From Rhynchopus sp. YZ270_cl-10 (taxonomy: Eukaryota): DNA of 64,000 nt. The DNA is taken from assembly GCA_964035575.1 (NCBI GenBank), contig OZ037843.1, positions 248,001 through 312,000 of the forward strand, written 5' to 3'. The position numbers and the translations under genes were made by a program. The notes beneath the pieces were generated by a model. The model worked only from the letters and a program-made list of their open reading frames with translations. It searched no databases and was not told the origin of the DNA. Shown one piece after another: positions 47,944 to 59,098 of this stretch. Within the stretch, counting starts at the first letter, position 1, and the number at the start of each line of letters is the position of its first letter.

Positions 47944-48676
47944 GCATGCCTCGAAGGCGAATTTCGTATTCCCCCCTATAGCCTATTTTCGGAGCCGAAT
48001 GTAGGACGAATACCATATTCGCCTGGTTTGTTCTATATTCGCCCTATATTCGATCCGAATATAGGGTGAATACGTATTCGCCTTCGGGGTCTGCCTAGGC
48101 ATACCTAGAAGGCGTATTTCGTATTCGCCCTACATTCGGATCCGCATATAGGGTGAATATCATATTCGCCTGTTTTCGCCTTATATTCGCCCTATATTCG
48201 ATCTGAATACGATATTCGGATCCGAATATAGGGCGAATATGGCTCAAAAATTCTGGGATCCGAATGTAGGGCGAATACGCATTCGCCTTCGGGATATGCC
48301 TAGGCATGCCTAGAAGGCGTATTTCGTATTCGCCCTACATTCGGATCCGCATAGAGGGCGAATATCATATTCGCCTGTTTTCGCCTTATATTCGGCCTAT
48401 ATTCGATCTGAATACGATATTCGGATCCGAATATAGGGCGAATATGGCTCAAAAATTCTGGGATCCGAATGTAGGGCGAATACGCATTCACCTTCGGGGT
48501 ATGCCTAGGGGTACCTAGAAGGCGTAGTTCGTATTCGCCCTACATTCGGATCCGCATAGAGGGCGAATATCATATTCGCCTGTTTTCGCCTTATATTCGG
48601 CCTATATTCGATCTGAATACGATATTCGGATCCGAATATAGGGCGAATACGCATTCGCCTTCGGGGTATGCCAAGG
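47944..48676. repeat. Tandem array of about 4 palindromic MITE-like units (205 bp period)
   Basis: CCTAGG junctions at 48094, 48299 and 48504. Each unit has roughly 45 bp inverted ends and TATTCGGATCCGAATA palindromes. Partial copies lie at 23165-23245 and 33355-33420. Confidence 0.85.
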
Positions 48677-50215
48677 GGAGGGGAGGCATTGCGAATGGAA
48701 AAACTGGGAAAGAGGTTGCTTGGAATGCTATACTGACAACTAAAAGATGTTGTCATGTAAAAACTATACGATATCATCCGCCAACTGATCTTGATAACAA
48801 TATAAAAAAAAATATACAGCGTTTTTCGAACGCAGCCAAATAAGATTAAAAATCCGTTTGCCGCAAATGTGAAAGGGAATTCAAGGGGAATTACTTGTTG
48901 AACGTTGGCCTTCTTTTTGTCTAGCTTCTTACCGCGATTGGAAATATGATCCGAATTAAGTACCAAATGTCCCAAAAACATCTCAAACGTACCACAATTA
49001 AGTTCGGTCCATAATATTTTGTTTTCTTGAAAACTTGGTTGTATTAGTGTAGCCACCCTAGAGTGTGCACTATAATATTATATTGCTTGATTTATTCGGT
49101 CCATAGTTCCAAACGCGGCAATACACTACGTTTTAGGAAAACAAAGTATCAGCGCCAAACACCCACCATATTGTGCAAAACCCCGGATATTGGGAAACAA
49201 TCTATAGAGTCAAAATGAGTCAAATGCATGTCGCACGATAAAAAAAAATTGCATCAGATTCTGGTGTCTCTGAGTGACTTTTGCATAAGTACACGGTGTT
49301 TGGTGAAATGGCTGAAGTATATAAAAAGAGAGTAGTCGAAAACTGTGCTAACGCAGCTCAGTCGAAAATAAAAAAAAAAAGAAGAAATTATTGCATATCA
49401 GCCAAAATCTGCTTAGCCGTATAGAAAAGCCTGTTGTTGGAGGGAGAAAAAAAAAAAACGATTCCCCCCCAAGCAGGGCTCTCAAGATCCTCCACGAAAA
49501 AAGCAGAATTTTCGAAATGAGGAGGATTTCATTTTTGCAAAAAAACCCCCCAAAAAAAAAATTTTCCCCCGCAACAAGCGGTCGTCGCGCGCTTCGCGCG
49601 CGCCTCCCTGACAGCCACAGAGCGGAGAGGCGGGTCAATTTTGCGAGATGATAAAAACGGAAATCTAATCCTTTCTCTTGCACCATACGCTCCACGAACC
49701 GTACAAAACCAATACGTCTAACTCCAATACGTCTCAAAATGGCAAATTTTTTGCAGCATTGGTCAAGTTGCATTTTTTGGCTGCAAAATGCAAGGGTATC
49801 CAAAGACATTGCCAACTCTATTTTTTTTGCGGAGCAAAAAAATAATATAAATGGCGCCGCAGGCGAAAAAAAATTAGGGTACGGTGTAAAAATGCTTCCT
49901 TTTACACCACATAATCACTCAACGAACCCTTTTTTTTGAGTAGCAAAAAATGAAAATGGCGCCGCAGGCAAATTTTTTTTAAAGTGCAGCCCTGGACGGT
50001 GCATACAGGCTCGGGAAAATATTGGGTCCCTCGGGGGAGACAAAGTGACCCCCCACTATAAAACCCCTAGGAGGATAATCCTCCACCCGAGCCCGCCAAA
50101 AAAAAAAAAAAAATGGAGGAAATCCTCCACCAAAAAAGCCTAAAAAAAAAAAAAAAAGCCCCTGGAGGAAATATCCTCCCCTACGTGGAGGATCTTGAGA
50201 GCACTGCCCCCAAGA

Positions 50216-52301
50216 TCACACACTACCTCTGGTCGTACGATTCACAACCTTGTAAACACCTGTCCGTGCGTTGTGTTCCGACAGAACGTGTTCCAGTGCA
50301 GTCGGCAGTGTTGTGCCCTCGGGCGGCTCGAACAGACACACCACACCGTTGCGCACAGCCTCTTCGCACAGCGTCCAGCTCCGGCGCACAGTTGTCCCCA
50401 TCGCTGTCACAAAGCGCTGCTTGCGTGCCCCCACATCACCATGCTGGATCATCCCGCTTGCAAGCCCTGCACCTGCCAAGGTCGCACCACTCATGCGTTG
50501 TGCAAAGCGGATCGCGTTCTCCATGTGTGCAGGGGCAGAGCGGGTCACGTTCCACGACACGCAGACACGGCTGCCAAGCAGCGTCACCAGGCTGCCGCCA
50601 CTCTGGTCCAGTGCAACAGTCAGTGTCGACAGCCCGTTGCTCATGGACGGCAGTGCGGAGAAGTGTTCCTCGTCGCCCACTGCAAGATCTGCAACACCGA
50701 CTGTGCCAAGCATCTGACGTGTGGCCACAGATGAAAATGAAACAGACCCGTTCATGCTGAAGTGGGCTGTCCCACCCACAGACTCAGACTCACTTACAGC
50801 AAAAAGGGGTTTCCGATTGCCTGCTTCGCAAAGGGGTTGTTCTCTGCGGCCGACAAGCGTCGCAGGCCACACAGGACGCACAAAGGTCATCCCGCTCACG
50901 CCCTTCAAGTCAAGTGCTTCCGAATGACCCACAACAGCACTGCACGTAGCACAGTCAGATGTCCACAGGTCAGAGGGCACAGCAACAGCTCCAGGCATGC
51001 ATGTGCTCTCAAGGCGTGACGCAACGTTCACAGTAGTCTGTCCGTCCAGTGAGTGTGTTCTGTTCGACAGTCACAGGGCCGGTGTTGACACCAATGCGCA
51101 CAGTGAGGCCACCCCACAGAGAGTCTTGTGGTGTGCAGATGGGTGCATCCTCAAGCAGCGACGCAGGCCAGTCTGCTGCGAGCAGCTTCTCGTGTACCTG
51201 CAGAGCAAAGTTGACTCCGTCCGCTGTTGTCTCGAAGGCAATCATGAAGGCGTCACCTATCGTCTTCACTTCGTACCCGCCGAACAGGGCCATCACTTCA
51301 CGCATCACACGGTTGTGTATCTTCAGGCCGGCACGCATCCCGTCAGGTGCGTTCTCCCAGATCGACGTCGAGGCACGGATGTCTGTGAACACAATCGTTG
51401 CTGTCCCACTCTCAAGCCCAGGTGGCGACACAGATGTGTGCTGCACACCGTCCACCTCATCCTCTTCAAACAGCGCAGCAGGGAGGTAGGGGCGGTACTT
51501 CCGCAGGTTCTCCTCCAACGTCTGCAGCGTTGCGCGCATCTCCTCTGGGAGCAACGTCTCTTGCGCCTCCAGCATGCGTGCCACGCCTTCCACGTCGTAC
51601 CCAGCCAGGAGGGACGCGATGTCCTGCACTGTTGCTATGGTCCGCTCCATGGCTGCCTGCTCCTTCAGAACCTCACGTGCAAACCCTCTCATTGCGATGA
51701 AGTCCACCACAAAGACACCTATCCCAACGAACAACGCGTGCGAGGAGAAGTCAACTGCACACGGCAGCGTGTCGCAGTCTGTGAGCTCGCCAAGACGCTG
51801 TCTCCGCTCCTCCTGCGGCTTCAGGCCAGGCAGGTCGAGCAGACCAAACCTGAAGCTTTCATCCAATGATAATACTATCATCCACACGATGCCCACACAC
51901 ACCAACCCAATCGTGTAACGTGCAGGCACCTGCATCACAAGCAGCAGGTCAACCACCATCACGAGCAATGGCCACGACGTTTCCTTCACCGTCCTTGCAT
52001 CCATATCCCAAACGAGGATCGCAAAGGAGATCGTGTACAACATCGCGACAACAGCGGCAGTCGTGATCCGTCTTTTGCATAGCATTGCGACCACAGCAAA
52101 CAAACACGGAAATATCAGTAGAAGGTAAAGGTATAGGCCCACGCCCACAGAACGCTCGAGGCGCTGCTGCAGGGTAAACAAGACCCGGACGATCGCAATG
52201 AGTAGCAATGCTGAGCACGACACGAGCAGGATCTTGCGCTTCTTCTGTTCCTTTGCTCCCACAGTCCCGTCCAAGGAGAACACATCATGCAAGTACCCCA
52301 T
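50216..52301 (-). pseudogene. Membrane adenylate cyclase paralog with frameshift
   Basis: An 11 nt deletion (gtgtgtccgaa) near 51032 relative to the paralog at about 59877-59887 splits RTDY/FGHTVNVASRLES between ORFs 51009-52382 and 50216-51031. Confidence 0.85.
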
Positions 52302-52484
52302 TCGCCCTTGAACAGCACAACGTATCGATGTGTGCTCTGTAACAACAGGTTGTGTGGAAGTCAGAGGGTTCAAAAAAGACAAAAAAAAATACGGGCCATT
52401 CTTTTAACAACTCCCCTCACACAACGTTAATGCTTAAACCCCATATCCCATGCTTCCCCCCCATCCCATCACCCCATCCCCACC

Positions 52485-52641
52485 CTAGGTTGTATTATAC
52501 GTGCTCGGCCCCGACCGAATACCGTATTATTCGTATTATACGATTACCGTATTATACAGAATTATACAGTGTCATACGGGGACCGAATACTGTATAATTC
52601 GTATAATTAATTACACGAATTATTCGAATTTTACAACCAAG
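52485..52641. mobile_element. Short MITE-like element
   Basis: CTAGGTTGTA...TACAACCAAG ends. Homologous to 47812-47931. Confidence 0.65.
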
Positions 52642-52670
52642 CTTTCCCCCTCCTCCCTCACCAAGAACCC

Positions 52671-53702
52671 TTATTCACTCAATAGAATGCTATACTTGGT
52701 CTCTCGAGGTACTTGGTGGATCATGACCTTTGATGTGTACGACACAGACGCGAAGATCCATGGCGACAACGCACTCCAGGCTGCACGGTACACAGAGTCA
52801 TTGTAGTCGGAAACAGACTTGAGCAGACTGTTCGTTGCTGTGGCAGGTGTCGTCCGTGAAGACACTGACGGCAGCGACCACAACTTCACGGAGCCTTGCC
52901 TGTCCGTACTGCTTGACAGAATAAGCTGCTCATGGAAAGGGTTGTGCTGTGCGCTGGTCACCCAATGGTCGTGGCTCTGCACGCTCCGTAGCGACTGTTT
53001 AGCGTGACGCACATCCCACATCCTCATGCACCCATCATCACCTCCGGTCAGAATATGATACTGCCTGTTCGGGTTGTACTGCAGCGAGGTCACCGTTGGG
53101 TGCGCCTCATCCACAATGCACTCCGCCTTCTTCTGCCGCAGGTCTGCACGGTACAGACGTTCCCCTGCACTGACTGCACACACATCTGCGTGGAGAGGGT
53201 CCCACGCAGCCTCGCTCACTTCGGCGCCAATATCAATACTGGAGACCACTGTACCATCTTGGTCAAGGCTGACAGAGGCAAGACCTGTCGGGGTGACTGC
53301 TTGGACGGTCGAGACATCAAATCCTTGTGGCTCCCAGAGAACTGATTTGACGTCGAGCGTGAGGGATGTGACCTTGCCGAGGCCCGTGGAGGTGCCGCGT
53401 TCTTTGGTCCAGAGCGTGGCGTTGCGCCGGGTTGTGCCGTCGCCGGTGCCGTGTGTGGTGAAGAAGAGGTCCTTCTGTGAAGTAGAGGGACACGCAGCGA
53501 TCTGCCAGACCTCGTGCGGGTGCAGCCATGTGGCAAGGCATTCGCAGAGGGAGGCGTCCTCACGGTAGTCGAGCAGGTAGAGCTGGTTCTTGCCCTTGAG
53601 GCTGAAGGTGCCCAGGAGGAAGAGGTGCTGTGTGGGGTCCACTGCTGCAGCCAGGGCGCGGCAGGGCAGCTCGAGCTTGTACACAGCGGAGTCTGTGCGC
53701 AT
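52671..53702 (-). CDS. EIPR1: WD40 protein, EARP/GARP-interacting protein (TSSC1 family)
   Basis: Family motifs VYKLELPCRAL, FLLGTFSLKGKNQL, HPHEVWQI, NPNRQYHILTGGDD, HDHWV...NPFHEQLILSSSTD, DSVY..AWS..SPWIFASVSY and the C-terminus KYSILL. Confidence 0.9.
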   Translation of the reverse strand: MRTDSAVYKLELPCRALAAAVDPTQHLFLLGTFSLKGKNQLYLLDYREDASLCECLATWLHPHEVWQIAACPSTSQKDLFFTTHGTGDGTTRRNATLWTKERGTSTGLGKVTSLTLDVKSVLWEPQGFDVSTVQAVTPTGLASVSLDQDGTVVSSIDIGAEVSEAAWDPLHADVCAVSAGERLYRADLRQKKAECIVDEAHPTVTSLQYNPNRQYHILTGGDDGCMRMWDVRHAKQSLRSVQSHDHWVTSAQHNPFHEQLILSSSTDRQGSVKLWSLPSVSSRTTPATATNSLLKSVSDYNDSVYRAAWSALSPWIFASVSYTSKVMIHQVPRETKYSILLSE

Positions 53703-54276
53703 GGTGGGAGAGGGGTGAAGTGTATTCTGTGGGGTGGTGTGGGTGGGTTGTCAAGTGTGAAGCAGGGAGCCAGTAAGTTGCATGTGGCAGGCGGTGTCGC
53801 AGGTGTGACAAGGCATGAGGTGCTTAGGGGGAGGGAGGCGTGTGGCTCTTTGGGGGAAAAGGTGTGCAGATTGTGTCCTAGTTTCTATTTTTGAAAGTGT
53901 TGAAGAATCGGAATGTTTCAATTTGTACAAAAAGGTGTGCAAAATAGAGAGACGAAACCTGTACAGACATTAATATTTAGAACGGAAGAACAGAAATCCC
54001 CATTTCCATCAGCCGATTACAGACGAAGGTGTAAACCATCGAAGCGTGACCAGCTACCATGCCAGCCACATGCCGATGCACAGAAGTTCCATGCGCAGAA
54101 ATTTTCATTCACACATGGTGGCTGCAAATTGCAGCCCGTTCCTGCCTCCTGTTGTTTGTGTGTACAGAAGAGGTGTCTGCTGTCTGAGCATAGATTGTGT
54201 AACGTATTCTTTGCCCACTCATTTTTGCTGGAAGTCGTTGTCAACGGTCAACAACGTCGTACAGCCCAACTGCGTA

Positions 54277-56064
54277 CTACTGAAGAGAGGCGACACAACT
54301 GAGGGGCACCGACGTGGCACACTGGCAGGCAAACAGAACACCACCCTTGACCGAAGCAGGCGTCACTCGTGCTGGTGTCTGAACGAACGCACCTGTGTGA
54401 GTCATCCCCTCCACGGTGTGTGCTGCCACCTCGCCCTTCAGGTACTTCCGCACTGCCTGGTTGTAGTCCTCCCAGTCCTTCTTCTCGCCTATCTGGTACA
54501 TCCACTCATCAACGACAGCTGCAGCAGGTGCTTGCGTCTGCACCGCCAGCTCAGCCACAACCTCAGGTTCGCAGTCTCGAGCAACCTCCACCTTGCACGG
54601 AAGCAGACGTAGGCTGTGTTCACACTCAGCGTCGCTGAAGCAAAGACGGTTGCAGACAACATCACAGCCAAACACACGTCCTGCACGTTCCATCCCGTGC
54701 ACGTCACGCACAAGTGACCCCACCATGCTGAAGCGGCGCATCACATCACAACCCATGTCACCACGCAGCACCTTCCCACTCGCCACACCGACGTTTGCGT
54801 GTGACGCCACACCATCTGTTCCTTGCATCAGGGCATTTGCAGCGTGCAGTGCTGAGGTTGCATGCGACCCACACTGCTTCGACGCGTTGAACGAGCAGTG
54901 GATCCTGTCTCCAACAAAGACGTCCACCATACCACGCCACGAGACTGTTGCCTGCAGGGTCTTCAGAAGAAGGGACGCAAAGAGCTGCGAGAAGCGTGCA
55001 CTGTCCTCCTCGAGGTGGCGCAGGGTGTCTTTGATGTTCAGTGTCAGCAGTGTTGCCTTTGTGGACGAGAGGACGAGGGGCGAAGCTGCTACCTGCGAGA
55101 TCACGATGGACTTGGAATGCTTTCTCTCTGTTGCTGACGAACTGTGCGACACCGACGCTGTGTCATTGTCCGGGCATTGCTCCTTTCCTATAGACTCCAT
55201 GCTGTGCTCCTTCTCGTCCTCAAACGGCAGACACGTCTTCGGGAGGTACGCCTTGTACACACGCAGGTTCTGCTCCAACTTCCGCAGTGCTGTCGTCATC
55301 CCCTCAGGAAGATCACCACCGTGCTCCTCCAGCAGCTCCGCCACCTTCTCCACGTCGTAGCCAGCAAGGAGCGAAGCGATGTCCTGCACTGTGTTGATGG
55401 TGCGTTGCATCGTTGCCTGCTCCTTCAGAACGTCACGTGCAAACCCTCTCGTTGCGATGAAGTCAAGCAAGAACACAGCTAGACCACTCGACAGCGCGCG
55501 TGGGGGGAAGGACACTGGACATGGCAAGGCCTCACAGCTGGTCTGCGTAGCTGTCGCTCTACGCCCGTGTTCACCACCTTGTGGTGTCAGCCAGGGCACG
55601 TCAAACAAACCAAACCGGTAGCTTTCTTCCAAACCCAGCAACACCAGCCAGAACATACTGAAGCACACCAACCCAACTGTGTAGCGTGTGGGCACCTGCA
55701 TCACAAGCAGCATGTCGACAACAATCACGAGCAGGGGCCACTCCGCAGTTCCTATGGTCCGTGCGTCGAGGTCCCAGAGGAAGACGCAAAAGGCGAAGAT
55801 GTACAGCACAGCCACGGTGAAGGCGTGTGTCAGACGTCGACGACAGAGAATCATGACCACCACACACGCGCAGGTGAGCACGCTCAACACACCGCAGATG
55901 AGGCCCAAGTACCTGTTGCGGTTTTTCTCGGTGGTCGCTGCGTACTGGAACGTCACCAAGGGTCCCGCAAAAATGCAATACATAAACAGCAACGTCCGCT
56001 TCTTTCGCTCCTTCGTGCTGAGTGTGCCGTTCAGCGACAGCGCCTTCTCCAGAAAGGCGTGCAT
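54277..56064 (-). CDS. Membrane protein with a single degenerate cyclase-like domain (paralog of 39467-41242)
   Basis: Same architecture. The 3' end is nearly identical to 39430-39960. Start placed at MHAFLEKAL by paralogy. Confidence 0.85.
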   Translation of the reverse strand: MHAFLEKALSLNGTLSTKERKKRTLLFMYCIFAGPLVTFQYAATTEKNRNRYLGLICGVLSVLTCACVVVMILCRRRLTHAFTVAVLYIFAFCVFLWDLDARTIGTAEWPLLVIVVDMLLVMQVPTRYTVGLVCFSMFWLVLLGLEESYRFGLFDVPWLTPQGGEHGRRATATQTSCEALPCPVSFPPRALSSGLAVFLLDFIATRGFARDVLKEQATMQRTINTVQDIASLLAGYDVEKVAELLEEHGGDLPEGMTTALRKLEQNLRVYKAYLPKTCLPFEDEKEHSMESIGKEQCPDNDTASVSHSSSATERKHSKSIVISQVAASPLVLSSTKATLLTLNIKDTLRHLEEDSARFSQLFASLLLKTLQATVSWRGMVDVFVGDRIHCSFNASKQCGSHATSALHAANALMQGTDGVASHANVGVASGKVLRGDMGCDVMRRFSMVGSLVRDVHGMERAGRVFGCDVVCNRLCFSDAECEHSLRLLPCKVEVARDCEPEVVAELAVQTQAPAAAVVDEWMYQIGEKKDWEDYNQAVRKYLKGEVAAHTVEGMTHTGAFVQTPARVTPASVKGGVLFACQCATSVPLSCVASLQ

Positions 56065-56522
56065 TGTTTCTGCCCTCCGCAGTGTGTCTGTTGCGGTGTG
56101 GGGTGGGTGTGTGCAATGCAGGAGCGAGAAAAGGTTCCTTAAATGGCAATGGAACGGTGCCAAAAATAAAAACATAAAAAGGGGGGCCGTCTTAAGGTAA
56201 ATTTTTGGAACGAAAAGCAAAGAAAGTGAACACGAAACAAGAATACCGACAGGGCAGTGTACAGCACGCCCGGCCTTCTTCGCGATAATGTGAATAATAA
56301 TTAGTGTTGAAATACAAAGCCCTCTCGTGAACAGTGTACCTTGGTACATGACAGGTTGTACCGTGGTGGCACCCCAACCATAGTCCTACAGCCATTTCGT
56401 GTAAAAAAACATGACACTTGCACTGGGAAGAGTCGACAAAGAAAGAACGTAAGTTCCCCATTGATACAAAAAACTTTTCAAAGAAACGTGCAACACATAT
56501 CAAGGCTCACACTTTCTCGCTG

Positions 56523-58620
56523 CTAAAAAACGCTGTCCCGACTCTTTGCTAAAACAACCCTGTAGCAGCCCGTACTGTGATCCTGCACAAGAAGGCTGTC
56601 CAGTGCAGAGGGCACCGCCGTGCCCTCAAGAGGCACGAACAGACACTCACCACGGTCGCGCACAGCCTCCGCACACAGTGTCCAGCTCCTGCGCACTGTC
56701 TCCCCCATCACCGTCACAAAGCGTTGTGTCCTTGCCCCCACATCACCATGCTGCACAGGGCCTGTCACGAAACCTGCGCCGTTCAGGATGCACTTTGCAA
56801 GCATGCGTTGTGCAAAGCGGACTGCGTTCTCCATGTGTGCAGGGGCAGAGCGGGTCACGTTCCACGACACACAGACACGGCTGCCAAGCACGGTGATGAG
56901 ACTGCCACTGCTCTGCTCGAGGGAGACGGAGATGCTGGTGAGTGCCGCGTTCATGCTGTGGATGGCTGATGTGCTTGAGTCATCGACAGCTAACTCAGCA
57001 ACACCGACGGTGGAGGAGGCGACACGTGTCGAGAGCTTCATGTGTGGTAATGATCGTGACGACGACGCGGACGACGCCACAGAGCTGCCACGTGCACTCG
57101 ACGACAGACGTGACACACGCAATGCTTGCTGCAACGGACGCCTGGCACGTGCCTCTAAGGATACAGGGCGCACACAGCACACAAACAAACCCCCAGACAC
57201 ACCCTTCAGTTCAAGTGCCTCCGTCTCACCCACAACACCACTGCACGCAGCACAGTCAGACGTCCACAGGTCAGAGGGCACAGCAACAGCACCAGGCCTG
57301 CAGGCGCTTTCAAGGCGTGCAACGTTGACAGTGTGTCCGAAGTAGTCTGTCCGTCCAGTGAGTGTGTTCTGTTCGACAGCCACAGGGCCGGTGTTGACAC
57401 CAATGCGCACAGTGAGGCCACCCCACAGAGAGTCTTGCGGTGTGCAGATGGGTGCATCTTCAAGCAGCGACGCAGGCCAGTCTGCTGCGAGCAGCTTCTC
57501 GTGTACCTGCAGAGCAAAGTTGACTCCGTCCGCTGTTGTCTCGAAGGCAATCATGAAGGCGTCGCCAATGGTTTTGACTTCGTACCCGCCGAACACAGCC
57601 ATCACCTCCCGCATGACACGGTTGTGTATTTTCAGGCCGGCACTCATCCCGTCAGGTGCGTTCTCCCAGATCGACGTCGAGGCACGGATGTCTGTGAACA
57701 CAATCGTTGCTGTCCCGCTCTCGAGCCCAGGTGGTGCCACAGATGTGTGCTGCACACCGTCCACCTCATCCTCCTCAAACAGCGCAGCAGGGAGGTAGGG
57801 GCGGTACTTCCGCAGGTTCTCCTCCAACGTCTGCAGCGTTGCGCGCATCTCCTCTGGGAGCTGCACCCGTTGCGCCTCGAGCAGCTCCGCCACCCCTTCC
57901 ACATCATACCCAGCCAGGAGGGACGCGATGTCCTGCACTGTTGCTATTGTACGCTGCATGGCTTCCTGCTCCTTCAGCACACTGCGCGCAAAGCTACGTG
58001 TTGCGATGAAGTCTATCACGAAGACTTGCACTGATGTGAAAATATGACCCACGGACTTGCTTGGACAGGGCAGGTCTGTGCAACCCAGATGTTTTTCTAA
58101 CGTGCCACGTCTGCCAAACTCACCCTCCTGTGGATAGAGCCCTGGCAGGTCCAGCAGCCCAAACCTGTACCTCTCCTCCATCGACAGCACCGCCAGCCAC
58201 ACCAACTGCCACCATGAGACCCACACTGTACGTTGCATCCACCTGCATCACGAGGAGGAAGTCCACTACGAGCACCAGGTTAACCCAGAACTCATTGCCA
58301 TACGTCCGTGCGTTCAAATCAGAAACCATGAAGACCGCTGCAAAGACGTACGCAAAGCTGACAATAGCTGCAGTGTTGAGTGGCACCTTGCATAAGGTAA
58401 GTGTTACCCCACAGATGCAGGTGGCAATGGCGACGGTGCGTGTCACCAGCTGCACAGGGACAGCCAGCACCAGGCGGTGGTCGATGAGGGACAGGACTAC
58501 GAGGACCACCAGCGGGACGACACTGAGCGTGAAGAACAGTGTCCGCTTCTGCAGCTGCACCCCGATGAGTGTCCCGTCCAGAGACAGCGCACTGTGCAGA
58601 CATTGTGGAATGTGTTGCAT
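56523..58620 (-). pseudogene. Membrane adenylate cyclase paralog with frameshift and a catalytic-motif deletion
   Basis: 2 nt deletion near 58205 versus 60751. One codon is also missing in the NxxxR motif (VNVARLES versus VNVASRLES) near 57318. Confidence 0.85.
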
Positions 58621-59098
58621 TGCTGTTGTGGAAATGGTGTGGATTCCCCCTGATACACTGTTTGTGCGGCCCAACAAAAAACAAAAAAAAAAAAAAAAGA
58701 TCGCCATTGCGAAATATTTATTCGACAAAAGGGAAACAAAACCTTTCGCAAGGGCCGAGGTGGGGTGCAAACGTCACTTGTGTCACGTGCCTTCTCCAGA
58801 AGGCCGTCCCATTTTGATCGAGTGAAGCCACCGATGATCGCACCTGTCGACAGAATCAGCACCGTCTAGGGATGTGTGGTGGTGTGTGGGGTGTGGGACA
58901 CAGCTGGGAATGCATGGGCACTCAAAATAAGTGTGGAGGAAAACAAGAATACCGACAGGGTAGTGTACATCGTGCCCAGCCTTCGTGTTGTTCTAGCATG
59001 TGAATACTAAAACTTGACGCTTGCACTGGGAAGAGTCGACAAAGAAAGAACGTAAGTTCCCCACTGGTACAAAAAGCTCTTCAAACGTGCAACACATA

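Noticed and set aside
47944..48676. CRISPR array
   Set aside because: Whole 205 bp units repeat and there are no unique spacers.
48505..49056. 183 aa minus-strand ORF in AT-rich DNA
   Set aside because: It runs into the palindromic array, has composition unlike the real genes and shows no recognisable motif.
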